DNA of 64,000 bases from an uncultured delta proteobacterium (GCA_963727625.1 CAVSHR010000012.1:1-64000), one strand, 5' to 3'; numbered from the stretch's first letter, positions 23,180-33,816 are shown. Notes: generated by a model not told the origin, from the sequence alone. Made by a program: numbers and translations.

Positions 23180-24943
23180 CTAGCTTGCCGAGCCGATCTC
23201 ACCGACGCGGGCTAGAACGACGCGCACGGTGCCGACGACGAGCGTGGCGAACAGTATCAAGATGACCCCCAACGCAGAAACTTGCGGCACCCAGCCACTC
23301 CCCCAGAACTGCCATACCACGGTGGAGATCACCACGTTGTGGCGGGTGTACAGCGTCAGCGCCATGGTGACCTCTCGGTAAGAGAGCATGCCGATCCAAA
23401 TCCAGCTGTTAAGCACGCCGGCCGCAATCAAAGGCAGCACGATCTTCCATAAAACCCGCGGCGCCGAAGCGCCGGCAACCCGGCCCGCCTCTTCGAGCTC
23501 GCGATGGACTTGGATCATCACGCTGTTGGTCGTGCGCGTGCCGTAGGCGACCCAGTTGATCGTGTGGGCGAGAATGATGATCAACACCGTGCCATAGATC
23601 GGGAAGACGTCGCGATAGGCCAGACCCAGGTAGGCCAAGCCGACCGCCATCAAGATCCCCGGCACCGCGTGCGGTACGAACGCCAGGGTATCGAGCAAAC
23701 CGCGAAAGGACACCTGGGTCCGAATCACCACCCAGGAAACCAACACGCTCAAAATCATCGTCAAGGTCGGCACTGCGAACATCAAAATCAAGGTATTGAT
23801 GAACGGCCGCGCACCGACATGCGAGGGGATTTCCCAATAATGCTTGAGACTCATATTGGAGAAGGCAGCGGCGCTCGGTAATTGCAGGTACGGCAAAATC
23901 GAGGCCCACACCAAGACAAGAAAAGGAATGAAAACCTCGATCGACAGGTAGAAGAAGACAAAGGCGATTGCAGCCCACTTCCAGCGGCCCAGCGCTATCT
24001 CACGGGGGCGATAGCCGCGCCCGGTGATGACAGTATATTTTTTCCCTTGCTTGACCAGACGCACGTAAAGAAAGGCCAAGAACAGCCCCAACGAGAGCAT
24101 GATCGCACCGTAAGCGCCGGCCATGCCGTAATTGGGAATCCCGGTGGCCGGCGTGGTGGCGCTATAGATGAGCGAGCTTAAGACTAGAATACGCGCCGGC
24201 ATGCCGATGATCGCCGGCACTTCGAAGACCGCAATCGCGGTCATGCAGAGATAGACCATCACGGCGGCGATGGCGGGCATAGTTATCGGTATGTTGATCT
24301 TTAAAAAAGTCCTGAGCTTGCCTACGCCGGAAGTGTAAGCCGCCTCCTCCAACGAAGGATCCATCGAGCGATAGGCCGCGGCGAGCATGAAGAATGCTCC
24401 AGGCACAAACGACACACCTTGAACGAAGGCCATACCGGTGATGCTGTAGAGATTGAATGGCGGGCCGCTCAGTGAGAACAGCTCCTGAAGAAACTTATTG
24501 AGCAAGCCGATGCGCGGGCTCAACAGGAGGATCCACGCGATGGTGCGGAGGAAAACCGGAATGAGAATGCCGACCGTCAGCAAGACATAGATCGTCTTCT
24601 TAAACGGGATATCGGTGCGCATCAAGATCCAAACCAGCGGAACGGTAAAGAACAGCGCCACCGCGATGCTGGAAACTGCAAAAAGCAGGGTGTTGAGGAG
24701 AATTTCGTAGGTGCCGGGATCGAGGTAAACTTCGGAAAAATTCTCTAACGTGAACGGCACCTTTTCGCCGGGAAAGCCGGTGCGAAGGCTCATCAATACG
24801 ACCATCACCACCGGCACGCCGATCAAGAGCAGCAAAAGCGCGCCCAAGCCGCCGGCGAAAAATGTCGTGCCATGCTGCTTGAGCCGGCCCAGCAACCCTT
24901 GATCGTCGGCGAGCACACCGTCGAAGCGCGCTTCAGCTTTCAT
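23180..24943 (-). CDS. ABC transporter permease, FbpB/ThiP-type (duplicated domains)
   Basis: Two EAA motifs (SLEEAAYTSG; ELEEAGRVAGA), multiple TM helices, YTVITGRGYR. Confidence 0.92.
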   Translation of the reverse strand: MKAEARFDGVLADDQGLLGRLKQHGTTFFAGGLGALLLLLIGVPVVMVVLMSLRTGFPGEKVPFTLENFSEVYLDPGTYEILLNTLLFAVSSIAVALFFTVPLVWILMRTDIPFKKTIYVLLTVGILIPVFLRTIAWILLLSPRIGLLNKFLQELFSLSGPPFNLYSITGMAFVQGVSFVPGAFFMLAAAYRSMDPSLEEAAYTSGVGKLRTFLKINIPITMPAIAAVMVYLCMTAIAVFEVPAIIGMPARILVLSSLIYSATTPATGIPNYGMAGAYGAIMLSLGLFLAFLYVRLVKQGKKYTVITGRGYRPREIALGRWKWAAIAFVFFYLSIEVFIPFLVLVWASILPYLQLPSAAAFSNMSLKHYWEIPSHVGARPFINTLILMFAVPTLTMILSVLVSWVVIRTQVSFRGLLDTLAFVPHAVPGILMAVGLAYLGLAYRDVFPIYGTVLIIILAHTINWVAYGTRTTNSVMIQVHRELEEAGRVAGASAPRVLWKIVLPLIAAGVLNSWIWIGMLSYREVTMALTLYTRHNVVISTVVWQFWGSGWVPQVSALGVILILFATLVVGTVRVVLARVGEIGSAS

Positions 24944-24972
24944 CTGCTCACCCGCTTTGTTTTACCGGCGTC

Positions 24973-26007
24973 CTAACGGTTGAACCCGAGGATCTTGCCG
25001 TATTCGCGCGTTAGCTTGTCGACCAACTTGGCCTGGCTCTGCTTCATGTAAACGACCTGCTTGCCTTGGGCAAATTTATACGCGTCAGTGCCGGGCACGT
25101 AGGCCGAATCATGGCCGGTGTATTTCTTCCAGATCGGTTGCACGTCCGCCGAGGCCATGTAGGCGACAAACAGCGTCCCCACGCTGGGATGCGGCGCTCC
25201 TTTGAGCACGCCGACGTGGTATTCGGGGGAAATCACCGGCTGCACCTTATCGGCAAACGCCAATGGCGCACCGGACTGCGCCGCTTCATGCAGCTGGCTA
25301 TCCTGCAAGGTCGCCGATAATAGCACCTCGCCGAGAATCAAACGCTGAGCCATTTCCCCGGCGCGACCGAGAAGAGGTTTTTGCGCGGCAAGTTTCTTCA
25401 CGAAATCCGTGGTTTTTTCTTCACCCCAGACACCCGCCGCCAAGCGCGCGAAGTGATGCGTCGAATTGATCACGCCCAATTTGCCTTTCCACTTGGGATC
25501 GAGCAGATCCTCCCATTTGGTCGGCACATCTTTGGCGGGCAACAGTTTTTTGTTGTAGGTCGGCAAGGCGAATTGGTTGGCCACCGAAACCGTGCCGCCG
25601 TCGTATTCGACGCGATCCTTCGCCACACCGATCGACGCATAATCGAAAGTCTTATGCAGCTTTCTTAGCCAGAGCGAGCCGTGGTGCGCATCGGTAACCA
25701 CCATGACGTCCCACTCCGGAGGCTGGCCCGAAGCGGAGAGGCCGATGACCTTTCCGGTATCGCGAGTCATGTTGCCCGAGGCGTTGAAGTGCAGCGTGAT
25801 ATTGAGACCGTACTTTTTGTTGAACCCCGCCGCTAGCGCCTGAGCCCCCTCCGGCCCGAGCGTGGAAGGACCGTAGAATTCGATGGACCCTTCTTTCTTG
25901 GCGCCGGCGATCAAGTCCTCCAGCGCGCCCGCCCGCGCCGTGGAGCCTGAAGCGAAAATCGCCAAGAGCGCACCTATGAAAACAGTGAGCATTGGATGTT
26001 TTTTCAT
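24973..26007 (-). CDS. ABC substrate-binding protein (FbpA/AfuA-like)
   Basis: Signal peptide, AKKEG, YNKKL...PTKWEDLLDPKWKGK, APHP. Confidence 0.88.
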   Translation of the reverse strand: MKKHPMLTVFIGALLAIFASGSTARAGALEDLIAGAKKEGSIEFYGPSTLGPEGAQALAAGFNKKYGLNITLHFNASGNMTRDTGKVIGLSASGQPPEWDVMVVTDAHHGSLWLRKLHKTFDYASIGVAKDRVEYDGGTVSVANQFALPTYNKKLLPAKDVPTKWEDLLDPKWKGKLGVINSTHHFARLAAGVWGEEKTTDFVKKLAAQKPLLGRAGEMAQRLILGEVLLSATLQDSQLHEAAQSGAPLAFADKVQPVISPEYHVGVLKGAPHPSVGTLFVAYMASADVQPIWKKYTGHDSAYVPGTDAYKFAQGKQVVYMKQSQAKLVDKLTREYGKILGFNR

Positions 26008-26180
26008 TACCTGACCTCCCTTGAATTCTTCGCACTACCGGGTTGGACGGCACCGCCCATACCCGTGCCGGGTTACTTTGTCATCATATTATTTTAAGTC
26101 AACCGCGGATCCACTGTGCAGCCACTGCCGGGATGGCCGATGCCATTGCTTGGATGAAAATCTTTCACTTCGACGTGACG

Positions 26181-27065
26181 CTATTCCTTCGATGCTTCCT
26201 GGTAAAAACTGCGGTCATGATAGACCTGCAAATCCTGCCCCATCGGCGGAGTCAATTTGAACAGCACGCGCAAATCGAGCACGGATTGAAGGCCGGGCAG
26301 ATTCAGATTCCCGTCTTTGGGCAGCTGGCGCAGCCGGTTCGCCGCGCCGTTGTCGTCGAGCTTCTCGACTTCGGCGACGTATTTGATCGCTTCGGCGCGA
26401 TTCTTTTCGTCCCGAGCCCAGCGTAGCGCATCATTCCAGGCGCGCAGATAGCGAACCAGACGCGCTCGGTTCGCGGCGGCCCAACGGCGCTCGACCGCAT
26501 AGACACCGCCAGGATAATCCGGCAGCACTTCGCGGTGATCGGCCTTGCGCACCATGCCGGCGGCTTCGGCCTTGCGGTCCCATGGCGGATTGATCACCCC
26601 GGCGAAGCATTCGCCGGTGATCATCGCGTCCAATCGATATCCCGTAGTGCCCTTGGCAACGAGCGTGTAATCGCCGCGCTCCATCTCCAGCCCATGAGCC
26701 AGGAGCGCGCGGCGCAGCACCAGCGCATAGGCGGTATCAACCGCGTCCACCGCCATCGCCTTGCCGCGCAGGTCGTCCCAGCTCTTGATCTCCGGCCGAA
26801 CGTAAATCGGCAGCGTATTGGCCAATGCCACGTGGGAAGTCGCCACGATCTCGGCGCCCTCCCGGCCGGACCATCCGAGCACGTTATCGAAGGCCGTGGA
26901 GACGATTTGCCACGCCCCCTGGCTGAGCCCGCGCATTTGTTCGGTGGAGTTGGGCGTCACTTTAACGTCGACCTCAAGACCTCGGGCCGCGAAGATCCCC
27001 TTGCCGCGGCCGACGGCGAGTGCGCCGTCGACGTTAAAGACGTTGATGAACAGGTGATCGGGCAT
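26181..27065 (-). CDS. NMT1/THI5-like ABC substrate-binding protein (no clear signal peptide)
   Basis: GIFAARGLEV, IKSWDDLRGK.MAVDAVDTAYA, WAAANR..LVRYLRA. Confidence 0.75.
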   Translation of the reverse strand: MPDHLFINVFNVDGALAVGRGKGIFAARGLEVDVKVTPNSTEQMRGLSQGAWQIVSTAFDNVLGWSGREGAEIVATSHVALANTLPIYVRPEIKSWDDLRGKAMAVDAVDTAYALVLRRALLAHGLEMERGDYTLVAKGTTGYRLDAMITGECFAGVINPPWDRKAEAAGMVRKADHREVLPDYPGGVYAVERRWAAANRARLVRYLRAWNDALRWARDEKNRAEAIKYVAEVEKLDDNGAANRLRQLPKDGNLNLPGLQSVLDLRVLFKLTPPMGQDLQVYHDRSFYQEASKE

Positions 27066-27174
27066 AACGCATATTCCGTTTCATTGCCGCTGATACAACT
27101 CTCCGTGCGAACTTATCCTCTCCTCAGCGACCGCAGAAAGGTAAAAAGACGGAGTGATATCCATCGGCGCTCAA

Positions 27175-28377
27175 CTATTGAATCTTCGGTCCGGTGTATT
27201 CGAGAACGTACAAGCCGCCCTTGATCCGGTCAGTCACGTAAATCAAGCCGTTGGTATCCACGTAAAGATCGTTGAACATCGGCGCCTTTTGTCCCTCCGG
27301 CGCCGGCGGAATGAAGAAGCCCACTTCCTCGGGGCGAAACTTGTTTCTGATATCGAAAACCCGCAGGCCGGCGTTGTAGTAGGTAATGAAAATAATGTTC
27401 TCACTCTGGAAAGAACCGGGGCGCATTTCGTGCACGTTATGCGGGCCAAAGCGCAGGCCGCGCTTGCAGAAGTCGCCTTCCGGCACGGGGCAGCTGCTGA
27501 CGATCACCGGATTCCGCTCTTCACGAATATCGATCAGCCAAACCCGCTTCTCGCCCTCGGCGCAGTCGTACTTTACCGACTCGTCGACGGCAACGACCAG
27601 TTTTCTGCCGGGCAGCGGTAGGGTGGTGTGCGCGTAGCCGCCGAAGGGCGGGCTCCAATCGATATGGCTGATGGTCTTTGGCTTGCTGATGTCCAAGATG
27701 TCGAGAATTACCATTCCGGCATCGACCAGCGCAACGTAGGAGCGATCGCCGTGCGGAATCGCGCCATGCACATGGAAATGTTCGCCTGCGAACGGCGTCC
27801 AATCGGCCGGCGTCTCCTCTCCTTCTTTGGTCCCGGGAATCCACCAGCGGCCCGCTTCTTTGGGATTGGAGGGATCGGACAGATCCGCGATCAGATAGGC
27901 GCGCTCTTTGATGCCCGGCAGCATGGCGCCGACATGGGCGTACTTGCCGTCGGTGAACCACATGCGATGCACGCCCTTGCCTTGCAATTTCAAAGCGCCG
28001 AGCTCGCGCGGCTCGGCGGGTTTTTCGATGCTGTAAACCTTGATGCCTGCTTCGTTGGGCGTGCTGGCCGGCAAGTTCCGGTCGAAATAGGGCCGTTCCT
28101 GATTCTGGATCAAGATATCGCCGGCAATTTGAACCTTGTGCGAGTGGGTGTTAGGCGCGTGCGGTATTTGCTTCACCACGCGCGGATCGCTCGGATCAGC
28201 CGTGTCGATAATGCTCAGCGCCATTGGCGAGGTGCCGAGATGGGCGAGATAAACGTAGCGTCCTTGTTTAAGCAACTGCATGCCATCGCCGTGACCGTTG
28301 AGGTCGTGATGGCCGATCACTTTCAAGTTCCAACTTTCGCTCTGCGCTTGAATATCGGCGACTGTCATAGGATCCAA
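27175..28377 (-). CDS. LVIVD-repeat beta-propeller protein
   Basis: Repeated IIDTADPSDP, IADLSDPSNP, ILDILDISKP, LIDIREERNP, VFDIRNKFRP; FGPHN. Confidence 0.85.
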   Translation of the reverse strand: MDPMTVADIQAQSESWNLKVIGHHDLNGHGDGMQLLKQGRYVYLAHLGTSPMALSIIDTADPSDPRVVKQIPHAPNTHSHKVQIAGDILIQNQERPYFDRNLPASTPNEAGIKVYSIEKPAEPRELGALKLQGKGVHRMWFTDGKYAHVGAMLPGIKERAYLIADLSDPSNPKEAGRWWIPGTKEGEETPADWTPFAGEHFHVHGAIPHGDRSYVALVDAGMVILDILDISKPKTISHIDWSPPFGGYAHTTLPLPGRKLVVAVDESVKYDCAEGEKRVWLIDIREERNPVIVSSCPVPEGDFCKRGLRFGPHNVHEMRPGSFQSENIIFITYYNAGLRVFDIRNKFRPEEVGFFIPPAPEGQKAPMFNDLYVDTNGLIYVTDRIKGGLYVLEYTGPKIQ

Positions 28378-28544
28378 AATTCCCCCTTGTCTGAATTTGC
28401 GCCCGCTTCAGGCGGTGCGCTTCGTTCTCTTATACTTCCCAACTCTCGCAGTCAACAATTCAGCAAGGGTTGGCCTGCTTTGGTTTATATGGTCATAAGC
28501 CGCGTACGCAAGCCTATTTACGATCGTTTACCGTAGAAGTCTCT

Positions 28545-28770
28545 ATGAAACGATCTCTCGCCTTGACCATCCTTGAGCTACTGATCAATCACACCAGCGC
28601 GCACGGGCAAACCAAGCGGATTGCCGCCGGTTATAGCGCCACCCGTGCCACCCAAACCGGCTTTCCCTCGCCAAGGACGCCGGGAAATTTGACAAATATG
28701 GACTCTTAGGTCGATCTAGTTTGCCTCGCCGGCGGCAGTCGTATGGCGCAAGCGATCATCGCCGGGTGGT
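28545..28770 (+). pseudogene. Decayed NMT1/THI5-like substrate-binding protein fragment
   Basis: Stitched: MKRSLAL...KRIAAGYSA..ATQTGF.LAKDAGKFDKYGL/VDLVCLAGGSRMAQAIIAG, then lost; frameshifts. Confidence 0.6.
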
Positions 28771-28889
28771 TCGTGCTGGCTCTGGCTGGCTGCAAGGTCG
28801 GTCTCGAACCGATGGCCGGCTAGCAAATCGTTTACCGCGCCAGCCGACCGTGGTAGAGACAGTTTGAGAAACTCTTCAGGAGGCGGATC

Positions 28890-29735
28890 ATGGCAGAAAT
28901 CGTCACGATCATCGGTATCACCCATAACCCTTTCATGCCGCGGCTATTCAAGCAGCCGCAACAGCCGCCCGGCGCGGCGAGAGTCAAAGAAAGAATCGCC
29001 ATGATGCGGCAAAAGCTTGCCGATGCCAAACCCGACGTGCTGGTCTGCATCGGCAACGATCACCTGCATCAATTTTTCATGGACAACATGCCGGCCTTCA
29101 TGATCGGCAAGATGGACCAGTACGACGGCACGTTTTACGACGAAGAACGGGAGTTCGGCCTGCCGAAATGTAAATTGCCCGGTGACGCCGAAACTTCCGA
29201 CGCTATCATGGAAGGCGCGTTCGACCGCGGCGTCGATTTCTCGTATTCCAATGAATTGACCATCGATCATTCGATCATCGTGCCGATGATGTTTGTCAGA
29301 CCGGAGATGGACATCCCGGTGGTGCCGATCCTGACCAACTGCATCGCGCCGCCGATACCGCGCCCCAAGCGCTACTTCGAAGTCGGCAAAGCGATCCGCG
29401 CCGCCATCCACAGCCTGCCCGCGAATAAACGCATCGGCGTGCTCGTCAGCGGCCATTTATCGCTCGAAGTCGGCGGGCCGAAACAATTCGAGCGCCGTCT
29501 GACGGATCCGAATTTCGACGACGCCGCCGTCGGTTGGATCGTCAACGGCGACATCGAAGGCGCCGCCCAGGGCTGCACGCCCGAGAAGATGATCGCCTCC
29601 GGAAACATGACCAGCGGCTATTTGAATTTTTTGATGATGATGGGCGTGGCCAACGCAACCAAGCCTTCGTACGCCGAAGGACTGGATGCCGGCTTTCCGG
29701 CGATCCCGTTCTTCAGTTGGGACCAACGAGATTAA
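28890..29735 (+). CDS. Class III extradiol ring-cleavage dioxygenase catalytic subunit (LigB-like)
   Basis: GITHNP, PDVLVCIGNDH...FF.DNMPAFMIG, TIDHSIIVP, SGHLS. Confidence 0.88.
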   Translation: MAEIVTIIGITHNPFMPRLFKQPQQPPGAARVKERIAMMRQKLADAKPDVLVCIGNDHLHQFFMDNMPAFMIGKMDQYDGTFYDEEREFGLPKCKLPGDAETSDAIMEGAFDRGVDFSYSNELTIDHSIIVPMMFVRPEMDIPVVPILTNCIAPPIPRPKRYFEVGKAIRAAIHSLPANKRIGVLVSGHLSLEVGGPKQFERRLTDPNFDDAAVGWIVNGDIEGAAQGCTPEKMIASGNMTSGYLNFLMMMGVANATKPSYAEGLDAGFPAIPFFSWDQRD

Positions 29736-29739
29736 GATT

Positions 29740-30012
29740 ATGGATCTGAAAGTGCTTGCGACAGTATTCACCTCGGTCTTTATCGCCGAGCTTGGTGACA
29801 AGACTCAACTCGCGACCATGCTGTTTGCGTCAGACAAGGACGCGAGCAAGCTGACCGTTTTCGCCGGCGCCTCGGCAGCGCTGATCGTCACCTCGGCGCT
29901 GGGCGTGGTCGCCGGAAGTTTTCTATCGCAATATATCGGCGAAAAAGCGCTGCATTATCTGGCCGGTGTCGGCTTTATCGCCATCGGAGTCTGGACGCTG
30001 TGGAAGGCGTAA
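29740..30012 (+). CDS. TMEM165/GDT1 (UPF0016) single-repeat cation transporter
   Basis: FIAELGDKTQLAT signature (E-x-G-D-K-T), about 3 TM helices, 90 aa. Confidence 0.92.
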   Translation: MDLKVLATVFTSVFIAELGDKTQLATMLFASDKDASKLTVFAGASAALIVTSALGVVAGSFLSQYIGEKALHYLAGVGFIAIGVWTLWKA

Positions 30013-30025
30013 GGAGGGATTGACT

Positions 30026-30337
30026 ATGAGCAAATATCTGATGAATAAACTCATCCACCTGGTCAATATGAACGAAGCTGCGGAGGACGAATACACGGCC
30101 AACCCTCGTGCCTTCGTCGAAAAATGGGAGAAGACACAAAAACTAAAACTCGAACCGGGAGAACGCGAAGCGCTATCGACAAAGGACTACGGCACGCTTT
30201 ACGCCCTGGGCGCCCATCCATTTACGCTTTGGAGCTTCACCGAAGCGGTGTGGATCCATGAAAAGCCGCGCGAAGAACTGGTTGCGGACTATAAAGCAAA
30301 GGCGGCCAAGGCGGGCTATCCGAATTTCAAAACGTGA
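30026..30337 (+). CDS. LigA-like small subunit of aromatic ring-opening dioxygenase
   Basis: MSKYLMNKL...EYTANPRAF...LEPGEREAL..KDYGTLYALGAHPFTL; strong RBS AAGGAGG. Confidence 0.65.
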   Translation: MSKYLMNKLIHLVNMNEAAEDEYTANPRAFVEKWEKTQKLKLEPGEREALSTKDYGTLYALGAHPFTLWSFTEAVWIHEKPREELVADYKAKAAKAGYPNFKT

Positions 30338-30580
30338 TACAAGGCAACAGTTCATTTGCAATAGGTTTGATCAGGGCCACACATCCCTGATGGTCCATTG
30401 AGTCGCCGGACGGTGTAAACCCCTAGCGTAAATGATCGACAGTAGCGCCCCAACACGGCGGAGCCGCAATGCGACATCCCTTGCGGAGCAGTGTCGAACG
30501 CTGCAGCGGAAATTTACCCCCGCTCGGTTGCATCGCCTAAACCATTTTAGTATGGTTCGCGGGTTCCTAGTTTAATCATC

Positions 30581-31996
30581 ATGCGGGCGTTCAGCGTTAC
30601 TTCTGCCCTCTTGTTGGCAATCACTGGAAGTTTAGGCTGTTCATCGAATGCGCGATTGTATCATCGCAGCGCGCCGACAGCGGTCCAGGTTCCACAAACA
30701 AGTTCTGCCTCGAACCACTTAGATACCCCGTCCACCACTCCCTCCACGGCTAAAGCAGCGATTGACGCTGCTGAACAAGCCGCTATCGCGGAGCAAAGGT
30801 CCCGGGCGGATCTGCGAGAGTCAAAGCCGGCGACGGTCGAAACGCCTCTAGAAACGAACTCAGCGATCGGCCAAGATCGTGCCGAGTCGGTGGCTTCAAA
30901 GAGCCCGGTATCGGCGCCATCGAAAGCGGCGAACGATCGCGGACACGCAGACAATCGTTGGCTGGATTTGCTCGAAAAGGATTTGGACAATGCCGTCGAG
31001 CAACCTCGCGAGCGGCGCCGCATACAGTTTTCCAAGGAAATCATCGATCATCCGAAAGTCCGCCAATTCATCAAGCGCTACTCGACCACCGCAAAGAGTT
31101 ACTTTAAAGAATTGCTCACTCGCTCCGGCAAATACATGCCGATGATTGCCAAAGTGCTCAACCAAGAAGGATTGCCACAGGAGCTCGGCTACCTTGCGTT
31201 GATCGAAAGCGAGTTCGTCGTCAACATATCTTCGCGGAATGGCGCCGTGGGTCTGTGGCAACTGATCGCTTCGACCGCGAGAAAATACGGCTTGCGCATC
31301 GATCGCTGGGTCGACGAGCGGCGCGATCCGGTGAAATCGACGCGAGCGGCTGCCGCATATCTTAAGGATCTGCACAACTACTATGGACGATGGTTTCTCA
31401 CCACGGCGGCTTACAATGCCGGGCCCGGAAACATCGACAAGGCGCTCCGCCAGAGCGACGCAAAAGATTTCTGGAGCATTAAAGCAAAAGCCCGACTGAG
31501 CGACGAAACCCGGGACTTCGTGCCGAAGTTCGTCGCCATTTCGCTGATTGCCACCGACCCGCATAAATATGGTTTTCGCGAAGTGCGTTATCAGCCGCCG
31601 TTGGACTATGAGGAGGTCGAAGTGCGGGGAGAGATAAATTTGGTAACTCTTGCCAAGCTGTCGGAGACCGCCGTTGCGGAGATCCGCAAACTCAATCCAG
31701 CGCTGCTGCGCAACTCCACGCCGCCTGGCGAAAAGGGTTATCGGATCAAATTGCCGGCAGATAAGGCGGGAATATTCCTCGCCAAGATGAAGGAGAAATC
31801 ACCCGAAGGCGACGCCCAAAAGCACCAGATCGTCACTCATAAAGTTAAAAGAGGGGAGACGCTTTTTTCCATCGCGCGCTTTTATGGACTGAGCGTGCGC
31901 GCGCTGATGAAATTTAACGGCTTGACCGGCTCGCGACTGCGCATCGGGCAGAAGCTGAAAATTGGGCTTGCAGGCCTGCGGCGAACCCTCCCCTAA
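30581..31996 (+). CDS. MltD-like lytic murein transglycosylase with LysM domain (lipoprotein)
   Basis: LGC lipobox, LALIESEF, GAVGLWQ, DERRDPVKSTRAAA.YL, AAYNAG, ETRDFVPK, HKVKRGETLFSIA. Confidence 0.92.
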   Translation: MRAFSVTSALLLAITGSLGCSSNARLYHRSAPTAVQVPQTSSASNHLDTPSTTPSTAKAAIDAAEQAAIAEQRSRADLRESKPATVETPLETNSAIGQDRAESVASKSPVSAPSKAANDRGHADNRWLDLLEKDLDNAVEQPRERRRIQFSKEIIDHPKVRQFIKRYSTTAKSYFKELLTRSGKYMPMIAKVLNQEGLPQELGYLALIESEFVVNISSRNGAVGLWQLIASTARKYGLRIDRWVDERRDPVKSTRAAAAYLKDLHNYYGRWFLTTAAYNAGPGNIDKALRQSDAKDFWSIKAKARLSDETRDFVPKFVAISLIATDPHKYGFREVRYQPPLDYEEVEVRGEINLVTLAKLSETAVAEIRKLNPALLRNSTPPGEKGYRIKLPADKAGIFLAKMKEKSPEGDAQKHQIVTHKVKRGETLFSIARFYGLSVRALMKFNGLTGSRLRIGQKLKIGLAGLRRTLP

Positions 31997-31999
31997 GCG

Positions 32000-33286
32000 C
32001 TAGGCGCGCTTCTCCATCGGCACGTAGTCCCGCGGCTCTGCGCCTAAATAGATCTGCTTCGGGCGGGCCAGCTTCTGATCGGGATCGGTCAACATCTCTT
32101 CCCATTGGGCAATCCAGCCGGCGGTGCGAGGTATCGCGAACAGCACCGGAAACATATCCATCGGCAGACCCATCGACTGGTAAATCAACCCCGAATAGAA
32201 GTCGACGTTGGGATAAAGCTTGCGCTTGATGAAATACTCATCCTCCAGCGCTATCCGTTCCAGCTCCAGGGCGATGTCGAGCAAGGGATTGCGCCCTTTG
32301 ACTTCAAACACTTGGTCGGCGATCTCTTTGATGATCTTGGCGCGCGGATCGTAGTTCTTATAGACCCGGTGACCGAAGCCCATTAAGCGCCCCTCGCCGC
32401 CTTTCACCTTTTTGATGAATTCGGGAACCTTGTCCTTGGAGCCGATCGCCATGAGCATGCGGAGCACGGCTTCGTTGGCGCCGCCGTGCAGCGGCCCGTA
32501 GAGCGCCGCAGCCGCGGCCGCGACAGAAGAATACGGATCGACGTGGGAACTGCCGACGCTGCGCATTGCGTTAGCGCTGCAGTTCTGCTCATGGTCGGCG
32601 TGCAGAATAAAGAGAATGTCAAGCGCCCTCTCGAGCACCGGATGCGGTTTGTATTTGAGCTCGGTCATCTTGAACAGCATATTGAGAAAGTTACCGGTGT
32701 AGCTCAGGTCGTTATCCGGATAAGAAAAGGGTAGGCCTAAGCTGTGCCGATAGGCAAAGGCCGCCAGCGTCGGCATTTTGCTGATCAGCCGGTACGTTTG
32801 CTCGCGCCGAGAAGCCGCATCGAATATCTTCTTCGCATCCGGATAGAAGGTCGACAGGGCCCCTGCCGTACTGACCAAGATCCCCATGGGATGGGCATCA
32901 TGGTGAAATCCGTCTATGAGTTTTTTGATATTTTCGTGGATAATAGAGTGATAAGTGATGTTGTGCGTCCAGTCTTCGAGTTGCGACTTGTTTGGTAGCT
33001 CGCCGTTGAGTATTAAATACGCGGTTTCCAAATAGCTGCTTTTCTCAGCGATCTGTTCGATCGGATAGCCGCGATAGCGCAGGATGCCGCGATCGCCGTC
33101 GATGTACGTGACCTTGCTCTGGCAAGAGGCGGTATTCATGAAACCTGGGTCGTAACTGACGATTCCGTCGTCTTCGCTGACTTTGATTTGAAATAAGTCG
33201 GTAGCCTTGATGGCGCCGTTTTTGATTGGAATCTCGTACTGTTTGCCGGTCCGGTTATCAATTATTGTCAATGTGTCTGAAGCCAT
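32000..33286 (-). CDS. gltA: Citrate synthase
   Basis: YDPGFMNTASC, LHADHEQNCS, GPLHGGANEAV, LMGFGHRVYKNYDPRA, YPNVDFYSG. Confidence 0.97.
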   Translation of the reverse strand: MASDTLTIIDNRTGKQYEIPIKNGAIKATDLFQIKVSEDDGIVSYDPGFMNTASCQSKVTYIDGDRGILRYRGYPIEQIAEKSSYLETAYLILNGELPNKSQLEDWTHNITYHSIIHENIKKLIDGFHHDAHPMGILVSTAGALSTFYPDAKKIFDAASRREQTYRLISKMPTLAAFAYRHSLGLPFSYPDNDLSYTGNFLNMLFKMTELKYKPHPVLERALDILFILHADHEQNCSANAMRSVGSSHVDPYSSVAAAAAALYGPLHGGANEAVLRMLMAIGSKDKVPEFIKKVKGGEGRLMGFGHRVYKNYDPRAKIIKEIADQVFEVKGRNPLLDIALELERIALEDEYFIKRKLYPNVDFYSGLIYQSMGLPMDMFPVLFAIPRTAGWIAQWEEMLTDPDQKLARPKQIYLGAEPRDYVPMEKRA

Positions 33287-33366
33287 CGTATCAACCTTTC
33301 GCCTCTACCTTAGGCACGTCCCTTTTTAGACCATCGCCCTGTCCCGGTCAACTCCGCCCGCCGCGG

Positions 33367-33816
33367 TCAGAGCGCAATCCGCCAGGCGATCTCCCAGCGC
33401 GCCGGCGATTTATAGCAGCACACAAGGGTCGCCGGTAAAAATTCCACCACCGTCCGCTCGGGATCGCCTAGGACCAGCACCGCCGCGAGCCGGCTCAACA
33501 ACGGCAAGTGGCTGACCACCAGAATCGGTTCTTCGGCGGCTTCCAGCTCCGCCTTTGCGATCGCCGGATCATCATTGGGCGCTAATCCGGCAAGAGACGC
33601 GACCCCGAAAACCGGCTTTACATATTCCGCCATGATCGCCGCGGTCTCTTGTGCTCGCAAAATCCCGGAATGATAAATGCAGGAAATATGCGCCCCGCGC
33701 TCAAGCGTGGTCCGTGCGATGTCCTCGACGCTTTGACGCCCCTGCCGCGACAGCGGGCGCTCCGGGTTCTCCGTCGCGGCGACGGCGTCGCCGTGGCGCA
33801 TCAAATAACAATTCAC
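33367..33816 (-). CDS. sixA: Phosphohistidine phosphatase SixA
   Basis: YLMRHGDA...ERPLS..G, HSGILRAQETA, VVSHLP. Confidence 0.88.
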   Translation of the reverse strand: MNCYLMRHGDAVAATENPERPLSRQGRQSVEDIARTTLERGAHISCIYHSGILRAQETAAIMAEYVKPVFGVASLAGLAPNDDPAIAKAELEAAEEPILVVSHLPLLSRLAAVLVLGDPERTVVEFLPATLVCCYKSPARWEIAWRIAL

